Positions 37,306 through 45,575 of a stretch of 64,000 bases of DNA are shown piece after piece. The notes below the pieces were generated by a model. It had not been told where the DNA came from. It did not search any database and was given only the letters and a program-made list of their open reading frames with translations. Position numbers and translations under genes: made by a program. Every line of letters begins with the position of its first letter. Positions within the stretch are counted from its first letter, which is position 1. The stretch lies in IMG/VR virus record IMGVR_UViG_2974506819_000001, positions 34,789 to 98,788 of that record; one strand, written 5' to 3'. Source of the stretch: a virus. Its lineage: Duplodnaviria > Heunggongvirae > Uroviricota > Caudoviricetes.

Positions 37306-38796
37306 ATGTTAAAAACATTTGTACAAGCCGGCGAGATTTACCGTAACAGTACCCGACCAGCTATCTACGATTCGCTGAAGAGTATGTTAAAGTTTTACGG
37401 TTTGGATTCAGCAGCCGAAGTCTTCTACAACGGGGAGAACGAAATTGCCAAGCTGGTAGGCAGTAACGCTACCGACAATTTACGTACCGATATCTACACA
37501 GATGGATTGTTCCGCAACAAAATCTTTATTGTTCCCACGGTGGAGCCCAGTCCGTTTAACAGCGGGTATGCCAACAGTCGTCGTGCCTTAACCGAACGTC
37601 CCGTTTGGCAGGACGAAGACCTGGGGATTATGGTTGTTCCGTCCTTTGAGGGCCGTCGTATTACCGTTGAGGTGAATGCCCACTTCAATGACCGTAATAA
37701 AGCCCAGGAGTTTGTGAACACCATTAACTACCGTCAGGCTAATCAAATTGCGGACATGGCGTTCAGTGCGTATATTCACCTTCCAGTGAACACCGGCATT
37801 CTGGCCTTCCTGGAGCACGCTCACGACTTGCTGGTAAAGAATGACCCTACCGCCGAGCCTGATTGCCCTACGTGGTTTGGAGCACGTTGTAAGGCCCCTA
37901 TGACCACTGCCACCAACGCTGCAGGCAATAACGCGGAGATGTTGGTACCAATGCGTATTGATAACCTGGGGGTGCAGTTTGAAGAGCCACGTATCCGGCT
38001 TGCGCAGAAGGCGCAACTGGTGGGTAAATACGAAGTCGCGTTAACCTACTTCTTTTATTTCCAGGAGTTCATTGGTTGGGACGTTGAGTATCCGTTGAAC
38101 ATCTATCAGGATGAGATTGACGCTCAGTACATCCCGGCTATCAATGAACAGTATGAACGTGGGTTCACTAACCGCAGCAACATTGAGCTGGCGTTTGCCA
38201 ATCAACTGACGCCGTACAACCGGTCAGAACACTCACCGTATTTCCTGTGTCTGCCTAAACACGACCCGTTCCGGAAAGAATACCAGAACTGGATGGTGCC
38301 GGTATTCCAGGTGCGGTTAGCGGTAGCCAATGTTGAGCAACAGGAGCTGGCCGCGTTATCCGACATTCCGGATATTGAGTGGAACGACACGGTAATGAAA
38401 TACATGCTGCGCCGTCATGCTAAAGCGTTCTCTCACCACGACACACCTTTCTTGTTCTCAGCGTACAGCGGTGACCTTCAGGTCTTGCCGGTTCAGTTAA
38501 TGATGAACGAAACCGGGTCCACGTTCCTGACACGTCCTCCTACCATGAAGAATACTTACCGACTGATGTTGGATGTCGACATGGCTATCCGTGACTACAG
38601 TCAGGACTTCTGGGATGACCTCATGAAACACCCGGAAGACTGGGGTATCCTGCCAGGTATCTTCCCGTGGTATGACTGGACGGACTGGGATAAGAAATTC
38701 CCTCAATGCATCGATGACATTAATATCGGTGGTGACTTTATTCCGAAATGGGACCGTCTGATGTCGTGGATGGGTCTTATTGCTTACCGAGGATAG
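37306..38796 (+). CDS. Putative neck/tail-terminator-type virion protein (phiKZ gp98 position)
   Basis: 496 aa. RRITVEVNAHFNDRNKAQEFVNTI resembles tail-terminator folds; assigned by synteny. Confidence 0.45.
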   Translation: MLKTFVQAGEIYRNSTRPAIYDSLKSMLKFYGLDSAAEVFYNGENEIAKLVGSNATDNLRTDIYTDGLFRNKIFIVPTVEPSPFNSGYANSRRALTERPVWQDEDLGIMVVPSFEGRRITVEVNAHFNDRNKAQEFVNTINYRQANQIADMAFSAYIHLPVNTGILAFLEHAHDLLVKNDPTAEPDCPTWFGARCKAPMTTATNAAGNNAEMLVPMRIDNLGVQFEEPRIRLAQKAQLVGKYEVALTYFFYFQEFIGWDVEYPLNIYQDEIDAQYIPAINEQYERGFTNRSNIELAFANQLTPYNRSEHSPYFLCLPKHDPFRKEYQNWMVPVFQVRLAVANVEQQELAALSDIPDIEWNDTVMKYMLRRHAKAFSHHDTPFLFSAYSGDLQVLPVQLMMNETGSTFLTRPPTMKNTYRLMLDVDMAIRDYSQDFWDDLMKHPEDWGILPGIFPWYDWTDWDKKFPQCIDDINIGGDFIPKWDRLMSWMGLIAYRG

Positions 38797-38800
38797 TGCT

Positions 38801-40087
38801 ATGCCATTAGCCATTACTCCTGTAGGACAAATTAAGGACGTCCCTGCAGAAACCCCCAAGATTTACAACGAGCGTTATAAGCACTCTATCGTTGACTCTG
38901 CGTACCAACCTGAAACCAGTCTGTTGTCAATGGTGGACGGTGCACCACGTATGGTGGAGTTCTACCATCAGTTCCTGGGACAGACCGAAGAACCGTTACC
39001 GTTCCAACCGGAAGGCATGGCGCTCTACCAGTCCTACACCCGTATTAAACGGATGATCATCAAGCAGGAAGGTGACGGGGCTTATAACTACGACCCAGAC
39101 ACCGGGCAGTCAGCTAAAGAGTATAACGGTTACGTTATCTTTGACCTGACCCCTATCCGGGGTGATGTGTTTATTGCGGACATTGGTGACGGGAACGCCG
39201 GGCTCTTTGTGTTAACCGAACAGCCAGAGATTCGCAACTTCACCGCCAACAAAGTTTATTACATCACTTACAAGCTGATCAGCTTCTTGACTGAGCAGAT
39301 GTTTGATGCGCTGAATAAACGCGTAGTAAAAGAACTGGTCTATTCCAAAGACTCGGCGATGAACGGCGGTAACGCGGTTATCTCGGAAGGGGCTTACGAC
39401 GACCAGAAAAACCTGGTGAAGTGGCTTATCACCATTACCGGTCACCTGTACCGTAACTTTTACTGGAACCCAGAGAAAACCTTTGCGTTGATTACCCAGG
39501 GTGAACAGAAAGTTTACGACCAGTATTTGGTGGAGTTCCTGTGTGCGGTAACCCCACCTGAACTACGGCAGGGATATCCGTTCATCAATCGCCTGTCAAC
39601 GCAGTACGGTGGCCGTGAGGTGGGTTATCACGGGTCTCTGAGTATCTGGGACGTCTTGCTGCGTGGTGACTTCCATTTACTGGGTCAGTGCAGTAACCGT
39701 ATCGGGATTGTGGACGTTAATCGTCTGTACGCCACCCGAGCCTACGGGACTATCCGCAACAGCAAGTTTGACCAGGTGCTGGTAACTGACCCCGAGAACT
39801 ACGGCAACATGCAACCGTACTTCAACATGGATGGCTATCCGATTCTGACCTATGACGCTGACCGGTCCACGACCTACATGTTCACGGCAGAATTTTATAA
39901 AGGTCAAGCGAGCACGGAAATTGAACACCTGGTGTTGGACATTCTGCGCGACCGCGTGATTGACCGCAAACGACTGTTGAAGTATTGCGATACGTACTTC
40001 AACCTTACCCGTTGGGAACAGCTCTATTACGGAGCGATTCTCATCTTACTGATTCAGGCTACACGTAAAGTAGACGTCGGAGTGTAA
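38801..40087 (+). CDS. Putative neck/head-closure virion protein (phiKZ gp99 position, T4 gp14-like)
   Basis: LTPIRGDVFIADIGDGNAGLFVLT matches the 'P..GD.i......lF.i' head-closure motif. ATG 38801 after GAGGA. Confidence 0.5.
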   Translation: MPLAITPVGQIKDVPAETPKIYNERYKHSIVDSAYQPETSLLSMVDGAPRMVEFYHQFLGQTEEPLPFQPEGMALYQSYTRIKRMIIKQEGDGAYNYDPDTGQSAKEYNGYVIFDLTPIRGDVFIADIGDGNAGLFVLTEQPEIRNFTANKVYYITYKLISFLTEQMFDALNKRVVKELVYSKDSAMNGGNAVISEGAYDDQKNLVKWLITITGHLYRNFYWNPEKTFALITQGEQKVYDQYLVEFLCAVTPPELRQGYPFINRLSTQYGGREVGYHGSLSIWDVLLRGDFHLLGQCSNRIGIVDVNRLYATRAYGTIRNSKFDQVLVTDPENYGNMQPYFNMDGYPILTYDADRSTTYMFTAEFYKGQASTEIEHLVLDILRDRVIDRKRLLKYCDTYFNLTRWEQLYYGAILILLIQATRKVDVGV

Positions 40088-40088
40088 A

Positions 40089-40796
40089 ATGCTGATAGCT
40101 CGCTATAACCACATTCGTGGACGATTAACCGCGCTACACGATATGATTCAACACAAGCAGTTCTCGGTATGGGTTGCGCCTGTTATGTTCATGGATTTGG
40201 AAGAGCTACGGCACCGTCCGACTTTCCAGCGTGAAGACCACGTCGCAGACCATCAGTTCTACGAAACCCCTCAGATGCGTTCCATGACCGTATCACAGCT
40301 GGTTGAGATTCTACCAAACATGAACACCCCTAATGACATCGGGTACTGTCGTCCTAACGAAGACATCCCGCTGTTATATGAAGGGATTCAGGAATACATC
40401 ATGCTGTGGTGTGAAATCATCAAGGACGTACCTGAGGTGCCGTTCCCGCCGTTAGACGAACTCTACCTGCTGGAGAGCTTTGCTTACACTCTGTTCCCAG
40501 CATACCGTTCGATTAAGCCTTACCTGGACGACAGAGAACGTCAAGAGCAGAACGGCATCAATGCCCGTATGTCTGAAATGGGTCTGGCAAGCTTCATGGG
40601 GCTGTTCAAGCAAGAACGCTTCGGGGCCAAGATGGCAGACGGTCAGCTTAGCTTTGTCTCTTATCTTGACATGCTGAAGCAATCCATGAACTGGACGGAG
40701 TCAGCGGGACAGACTGGGGTGAAATCTGCTACCGACAGTTTGCTGGCACAAGATAACAACGATACCGGGTTGTCTTCTTGGTTCATGATGAAATAA
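40089..40796 (+). CDS. Conserved hypothetical protein
   Basis: 235-aa ORF tightly coupled within the tail operon. Confidence 0.7.
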   Translation: MLIARYNHIRGRLTALHDMIQHKQFSVWVAPVMFMDLEELRHRPTFQREDHVADHQFYETPQMRSMTVSQLVEILPNMNTPNDIGYCRPNEDIPLLYEGIQEYIMLWCEIIKDVPEVPFPPLDELYLLESFAYTLFPAYRSIKPYLDDRERQEQNGINARMSEMGLASFMGLFKQERFGAKMADGQLSFVSYLDMLKQSMNWTESAGQTGVKSATDSLLAQDNNDTGLSSWFMMK

Positions 40797-40805
40797 GGAT
40801 GATCC

Positions 40806-42140
40806 ATGCAATTTCCTAAACCGATAAGAAACCTACTTGAGCAAGCCAAACGCACCAGTCAAGTGGGTCAGGTTCGGGTGGTGCGGTTAAAGGCTACACT
40901 GATTACCCCGACACAGCACATTGACTTGATTATCCCTACGGGGTTCTCCAAGTACAGTAACTTTGTGTCGGCTAACAGTGATGACGCTCGTATCAAAGGG
41001 CACCTGCAACCGGGGGCGTACTTTAATAACGTGTTGCCTCACAAAGACAATCTGTTGATTGAAGTGTTGGAACAGGAAGGATTGCGTCAGACAGCCACCA
41101 CATACCGTTGTGTGCCGTTGGGAGATGGTAACCCCAGTCAAGCAGGTCAGCACAGCTCTATGGCCAATCTGGATGCGTTAAACAACCGTAACGTGATTGA
41201 GGTTGAGTTCCAGTTACTGGACCCCGGCTTTGATCTGTTAAAGAACGTGCCGGTTGACCGCATTCTGTTAATGGGGCGACTGGATGATACCCTGCACAGT
41301 TTGCTCACGGAGTTTGGTGAGAAGCTGGGACTGACAGGACCCAATGCGTTTCGTGGGGTGAACATTGAAAAGCCTATCGACAACGAACAGGTCATGTCGC
41401 AGATTGTCATTCCTCAGGGTACACGATTAATCAAGCTGGCCGAGTTCCTGCAAAACGACGACCAGTACGGCATCTATTCCAAAGGGATGGGAAGCTTCTA
41501 CCGGAAGGGCATGTGGTACATTTATACCTTGTATCGGTTAGGACGTTATAAGACCGCCTCCAAGGTACTGGACGTATACCGCTTGCCTCAGGACTCCATT
41601 CCAACGTTAGACGTTACCTATTACCAGAACGACCGGGTGATTACGGTAATGTCTACAGGAGAAGGTTCTCAGGTCGACCGTCGCGATATCCGTCGTCAGA
41701 ACAAAGGTACTGGTACCCGTGTGATTAACCCGGATGCCTTAGCAGGGGAAGCCGGTAATTACTACGGTAAAGGAGGCGCACTCACTACCCGTCAGGATAG
41801 CTTGTCAGAGTTCCGTACGTCACAGCGTGCTAACGACAATGACTTCGTGCCTCTTAACCCTACCCCGAGTTCTAACATCTGGAAGTACATGTCAGAGAAC
41901 GCTCGTAACGATGGCATGGTGGTTACGGTGGAATGGCATAACTCCAACACGGACTTAATCACGCCCGGTATGCCGTGTCGGTACTTCTACATGGAAGGGG
42001 ATGTGGTGAAGTCGAAAGAGGGAACGGTCTTGGAGGTTCGTCGAGACATGATGGCAGATACCTCTAACACCCGAGCTACCTTCAGAGAACGAGGGCAGTT
42101 ACACCTGTTCTTGTTAGACGATGATGAGATGATCCAATAA
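40806..42140 (+). CDS. Putative baseplate hub protein (phiKZ gp101-like, T4 gp27/VgrG-type fold)
   Basis: IVIPQGTRLIKLAEFLQ...GIYSKGMGSF and C-terminal LITPGMPCRY...EGTVLEV beta-barrel pattern. RBS AAGGA. Confidence 0.5.
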   Translation: MQFPKPIRNLLEQAKRTSQVGQVRVVRLKATLITPTQHIDLIIPTGFSKYSNFVSANSDDARIKGHLQPGAYFNNVLPHKDNLLIEVLEQEGLRQTATTYRCVPLGDGNPSQAGQHSSMANLDALNNRNVIEVEFQLLDPGFDLLKNVPVDRILLMGRLDDTLHSLLTEFGEKLGLTGPNAFRGVNIEKPIDNEQVMSQIVIPQGTRLIKLAEFLQNDDQYGIYSKGMGSFYRKGMWYIYTLYRLGRYKTASKVLDVYRLPQDSIPTLDVTYYQNDRVITVMSTGEGSQVDRRDIRRQNKGTGTRVINPDALAGEAGNYYGKGGALTTRQDSLSEFRTSQRANDNDFVPLNPTPSSNIWKYMSENARNDGMVVTVEWHNSNTDLITPGMPCRYFYMEGDVVKSKEGTVLEVRRDMMADTSNTRATFRERGQLHLFLLDDDEMIQ

Positions 42141-42340
42141 GTTTTTATTTTAAAGCTATTATATTAACTTATACTTATTATCCTAGTCTATCGTCAGAGG
42201 GTTGACTAAATTAATAGTAATACGAAGTATTACATCCTTATAGGTAATAGCTCATAACAGCTATTACCGGTTGTCTTTACTTCCTTATTCTTTCCCTCCT
42301 CTCGTGAGAGAGTGAGGGGAGGTTATTATATTATAACAAT

Positions 42341-42358
42341 TTTCGTCTCTACATTACT
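42341..42358 (+). promoter_or_regulatory. Putative early promoter motif
   Basis: TTTC-GTCT-CTACATTACT in an AT-rich intergenic stretch, 80 nt upstream of ATG 42438. Confidence 0.55.
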
Positions 42359-42437
42359 TAGGTGATCTGTGTAATAAACAAAACCTTTGTCAGACCGGCT
42401 TAGGTTATTTCTTTTTAAGGTTAAGAGGAAAGATACC

Positions 42438-42785
42438 ATGACGATTAGAAAATGGCTCTCAGTAGCGCTGATAGCGTTTATGACGATGTTTTGTATAAAT
42501 GCGTCTGCTGAACAAAACACTGCGCCTGTAGATGTCCGCTTTGGTCATCAAACCGATCCGATAAGCGGCATGCAATATACAGTCGCTTACGTCACTGCGG
42601 TTAGCGATGATGTCGTACTCACCGGCATTCGCGTTAACCGAGGTAACTGCCGAGAAAGCGTCGGCAATCCCGCTGTACCAGTGTCCATCTATTTTGGACA
42701 AACCGTCAAGTACCTGTATATGAAGTGTAACCGCATCATAGAAGCCGAATTACGTACGAACCATGGCGACTGGGTATTTAAGTAA
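42438..42785 (+). CDS. Small secreted/periplasmic protein with a signal peptide and VNRGNC motif
   Basis: ATG 42438 after AGAGGA. Sec-type signal MTIRKWLSVALIAFMTMFCINASA|E. Two mature Cys (RGNC, MKC). Confidence 0.75.
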   Translation: MTIRKWLSVALIAFMTMFCINASAEQNTAPVDVRFGHQTDPISGMQYTVAYVTAVSDDVVLTGIRVNRGNCRESVGNPAVPVSIYFGQTVKYLYMKCNRIIEAELRTNHGDWVFK

Positions 42786-42807
42786 CACAATCAGTTAAGG
42801 AGACACA

Positions 42808-43326
42808 ATGGAGAACCAAGCGTTTTTAGACAAGTTCAATACTGTCGAAGATTTGCTGTCTACGGGTGATATGCTGCTTTACAAGTCTACGGACTGGGAT
42901 TTAGCAGTAAAGACCCTACACGCCGCTGTCGTTCAACGTGTGGCCGCAGAACCTGATTTTGAAGTATGGGTCCCGTTACGCTATTGGCAATACGCAAAAA
43001 GCAAAGACCGGGCCGCTGGGTTATACATTGAAGTGTTTGATGTGTACATCAGCAACAAGGGACGCGTTTATAACCTGAATGGTAACGACGGTAGTGAGCC
43101 GCATTTTGGTACCGAAGATAGCAACGGGTATAAAACGTTCTCTGTAACGGTAGATGAGAAGTCGAAGAGTCTGATGGTGGAACGTGCGGTCGCCTGCTGT
43201 TTCCTACCGATACCGGATGACTTAGCGACACACAAAATCATCGACCTGGAAGTGGGGCATCGTGATGAGGATCGTGCTAATAACGATGTCATGAACCTGT
43301 TCTGGAAATTAACCAAAACCATGTAA
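42808..43326 (+). CDS. NUMOD4/HNH endonuclease-like protein
   Basis: YISNKGRV (NUMOD4-like), NGYKTFSV, VERAVACCFLP and VGHRDEDRANNDVMNLFW (HNH core). RBS AAGGAG. Confidence 0.75.
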   Translation: MENQAFLDKFNTVEDLLSTGDMLLYKSTDWDLAVKTLHAAVVQRVAAEPDFEVWVPLRYWQYAKSKDRAAGLYIEVFDVYISNKGRVYNLNGNDGSEPHFGTEDSNGYKTFSVTVDEKSKSLMVERAVACCFLPIPDDLATHKIIDLEVGHRDEDRANNDVMNLFWKLTKTM

Positions 43327-43332
43327 CCACTA

Positions 43333-43360
43333 CCCTACCTTCCCAATCGGGAAGGTAGGG
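43333..43360. terminator. Hairpin at a convergent junction
   Basis: CCCTACCTTCCC-aatc-GGGAAGGTAGGG followed by ...TTATGTTTATTTTTTATG. Confidence 0.8.
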
Positions 43361-43380
43361 ATTTCTCTTATGTTTATTTT

Positions 43381-44931
43381 TTATGCAGCTTCTCTGCTAA
43401 AATCATCCCAATCCGGAATTGAATTGCCGTTTTCATCAAGTCGGTGTTTCAAGCTCTTACGGTACGCTGGCTTACCGTTTATGTCGTGCACCAATCCCTT
43501 CTCTGGATCCAAGTCGTAAATACCAAAGCGGTCTTTCGGATCACACCCTTCCCCACGCTGCTTCCCTATTGAGAATGTCCAATAGTTCTTCAAGTCCGTC
43601 TTCGCCACGTGTATGGTGATTTCCACATCCACTTCGTTCGTTAACTTGGTTGAGGTTTCTGTCATGGACTTACCGGCCACTTCACGACCAAAGTACACTT
43701 CAGACTCATCATCCGATTCACGCAGAATCTTCTTCGCTTCTGGACTCAACTGGTGAGGCGTCACGAAACAGATACCACGCGCCATGGTGAACGACCGCAC
43801 CTTACGATAAAGCATCTGTAGCTTATCGCCTTTGGTGTCCCCGGTCATGCCTTCCAGTTCCATCATTGCCAGGTAGTCGTACGCCAGCAGAATGACTTCG
43901 TGACCTTTGAGTTCCAGCTTACGGATACGGTCACAGAACTTGTAGAAGTTATCTTTGTTGGGTTCAATCTGGTTGATGATTAAACACCAGCCGTTCTTCT
44001 TGAAGCCATTAACGATGGTGTTAATGATTTCTTCGGCGGTACAGGTCATGAAGTCTTTCAACTCACCTGTCTCGGCCACACAGAACAGTTTAAACATACG
44101 AACAATGATGAGGTCGAGGCTATCCTCAGCAGAGTCCAATACCACCGTTGGGATTTTAGACTTATCACGCAACAGGGGTTTGTTGTACAGACCCACAGAC
44201 GCTAACACATGACCCAGGGTAAACGATTTACCACGGTTGGTCAGGGCGTTAAACAGATAGAACTTAGCACGACGTAAACCCCCGTCCGGTTCCAGTGCTT
44301 TGTTCAAGCCCTGCATACCTAACTTAAGGATACCGTCCAAACTGGCTTCGGACTTCGCCTGACTGATAACCGACTCAAAGCTTTTCGGATCATCAGAGGT
44401 GACTGTCCCCACAACTTCGGTTTGTTTATCTTCGTTGAAGTTGTCGTTAATCTTTTCTTGAATCAGGTCCGACAGTTTAATCCAGTCTTCCTTCTTGAAC
44501 TTCTTCACATCACCAAAGTGAAACTCTTTGATGGTCTTCTTGAAGTTCTTGCTGAAACTGCTGTCGGTGGCATTACGACGAATTTCTTTGATGTGCTTAT
44601 AGATAATCTGACGGATACGTTCTTCGGACGCCACGTCTTCTAAGCCCAATTCAATCGATGTTTTCAATTCAGGTGCGTTGGCAGTGAAATCCATCACACG
44701 CTGCATTAACATTGATTTTATGATTGGCTCATCATCGGGCTGTTCCAGAATCCAGTCTATCGTCGCACGGATATCTTCCTCGGTCTTTTTATCTTGTATA
44801 AAAACTTCTGAACTGGAGATGGGTACGGTTTGTAAGAGATCCAACAGTTCATTTAACAGCGTCTTATCATTGATTCTTTTTACTTGGTAGATTGCTGTTA
44901 AGATTTTCACCAAGATGAGAAGATTACTCAT
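43381..44931 (-). CDS. dnaB: DnaB-like replicative helicase (phiKZ gp118-like)
   Basis: Walker A ALTNRGKS, Walker B AYDYLAMM, TPHQLS and IGKQRG motifs. Confidence 0.88.
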   Translation of the reverse strand: MSNLLILVKILTAIYQVKRINDKTLLNELLDLLQTVPISSSEVFIQDKKTEEDIRATIDWILEQPDDEPIIKSMLMQRVMDFTANAPELKTSIELGLEDVASEERIRQIIYKHIKEIRRNATDSSFSKNFKKTIKEFHFGDVKKFKKEDWIKLSDLIQEKINDNFNEDKQTEVVGTVTSDDPKSFESVISQAKSEASLDGILKLGMQGLNKALEPDGGLRRAKFYLFNALTNRGKSFTLGHVLASVGLYNKPLLRDKSKIPTVVLDSAEDSLDLIIVRMFKLFCVAETGELKDFMTCTAEEIINTIVNGFKKNGWCLIINQIEPNKDNFYKFCDRIRKLELKGHEVILLAYDYLAMMELEGMTGDTKGDKLQMLYRKVRSFTMARGICFVTPHQLSPEAKKILRESDDESEVYFGREVAGKSMTETSTKLTNEVDVEITIHVAKTDLKNYWTFSIGKQRGEGCDPKDRFGIYDLDPEKGLVHDINGKPAYRKSLKHRLDENGNSIPDWDDFSREAA

Positions 44932-44955
44932 TAGTTAACTCCAGGTGTAATAGAC

Positions 44956-45501
44956 ATGAAATTCGTTATTAGCCAGAACAATAAGAAGTCGGTATGGTTC
45001 TTGACCAAAGGTATGGTCGATGCGCTGAAAAGTGTAAGTATAGAATTTGACCAGTTAGACCAACTTCCGAAATTTACGGAGCATCTCACTCCCAGTGAGA
45101 TTGCCAACATCCTTAAGCTACAAGATATTATAGCTGGTAAGTTCGGCGTGCCCATTCTGCCGCCAGTGCTCGATAATGTGGACGCTGTCAACAAATTACT
45201 TATCGAGAGAGCATTAAATACAGTGAGCAGTGAAGATTTACAACAACACTTCAGTGCACACAACAAATTCTATGTTCATACAACACAAAACGGTTTCGTG
45301 CTGTGCTTGGCGAACAAAGATGAAACTGGGAGTATGCCCGGCTGGGAACCATTGGCGGCCGATACACTGGTTCCTGCCCTGCTGGAAGGACTCTATAAGA
45401 AATTTGGCTACAATGAGGTTCATTTCAAAGAAGTGACAAAAGCTTCAGTGAACGAGTTCTCATTAGCTAATATCTTTAATCTGATGGCTATTACTAACTA
45501 A
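44956..45501 (+). CDS. Hypothetical protein preceding the capsid gene
   Basis: 181-aa ORF, RBS AGGTG, divergent from dnaB. Confidence 0.75.
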   Translation: MKFVISQNNKKSVWFLTKGMVDALKSVSIEFDQLDQLPKFTEHLTPSEIANILKLQDIIAGKFGVPILPPVLDNVDAVNKLLIERALNTVSSEDLQQHFSAHNKFYVHTTQNGFVLCLANKDETGSMPGWEPLAADTLVPALLEGLYKKFGYNEVHFKEVTKASVNEFSLANIFNLMAITN

Positions 45502-45527
45502 GCCCGTTAGCAGTAGCGATATCATTT

Positions 45528-45531
45528 TATG
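45528..45531 (+). promoter_or_regulatory. Candidate late-promoter TATG upstream of the capsid gene
   Basis: ATCATTTTATGTG 45 nt upstream of the MCP start. phiKZ late promoters are known to centre on TATG. Similar TTATG lie upstream of genes at 8682, 14568, 17092 and 33073. Confidence 0.45.
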
Positions 45532-45575
45532 TGCGCAAGCGCGAACAAATATATTTGTTTAAAGGAATTTAAGAA

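Noticed and set aside
42141-42437. Possible tRNA or structured ncRNA in the largest intergenic gap
   Set aside because: No cloverleaf, T-loop (GTTCGA) or CCA end seen; only an imperfect hairpin and promoter-like AT tracts.
8682-43326. Idea that the nuclease-less NUMOD1 protein and the DNA-binding-less HNH form one split homing endonuclease
   Set aside because: They are 34 kb apart in different transcription units, with nothing in the sequence linking them; too speculative without interaction data.
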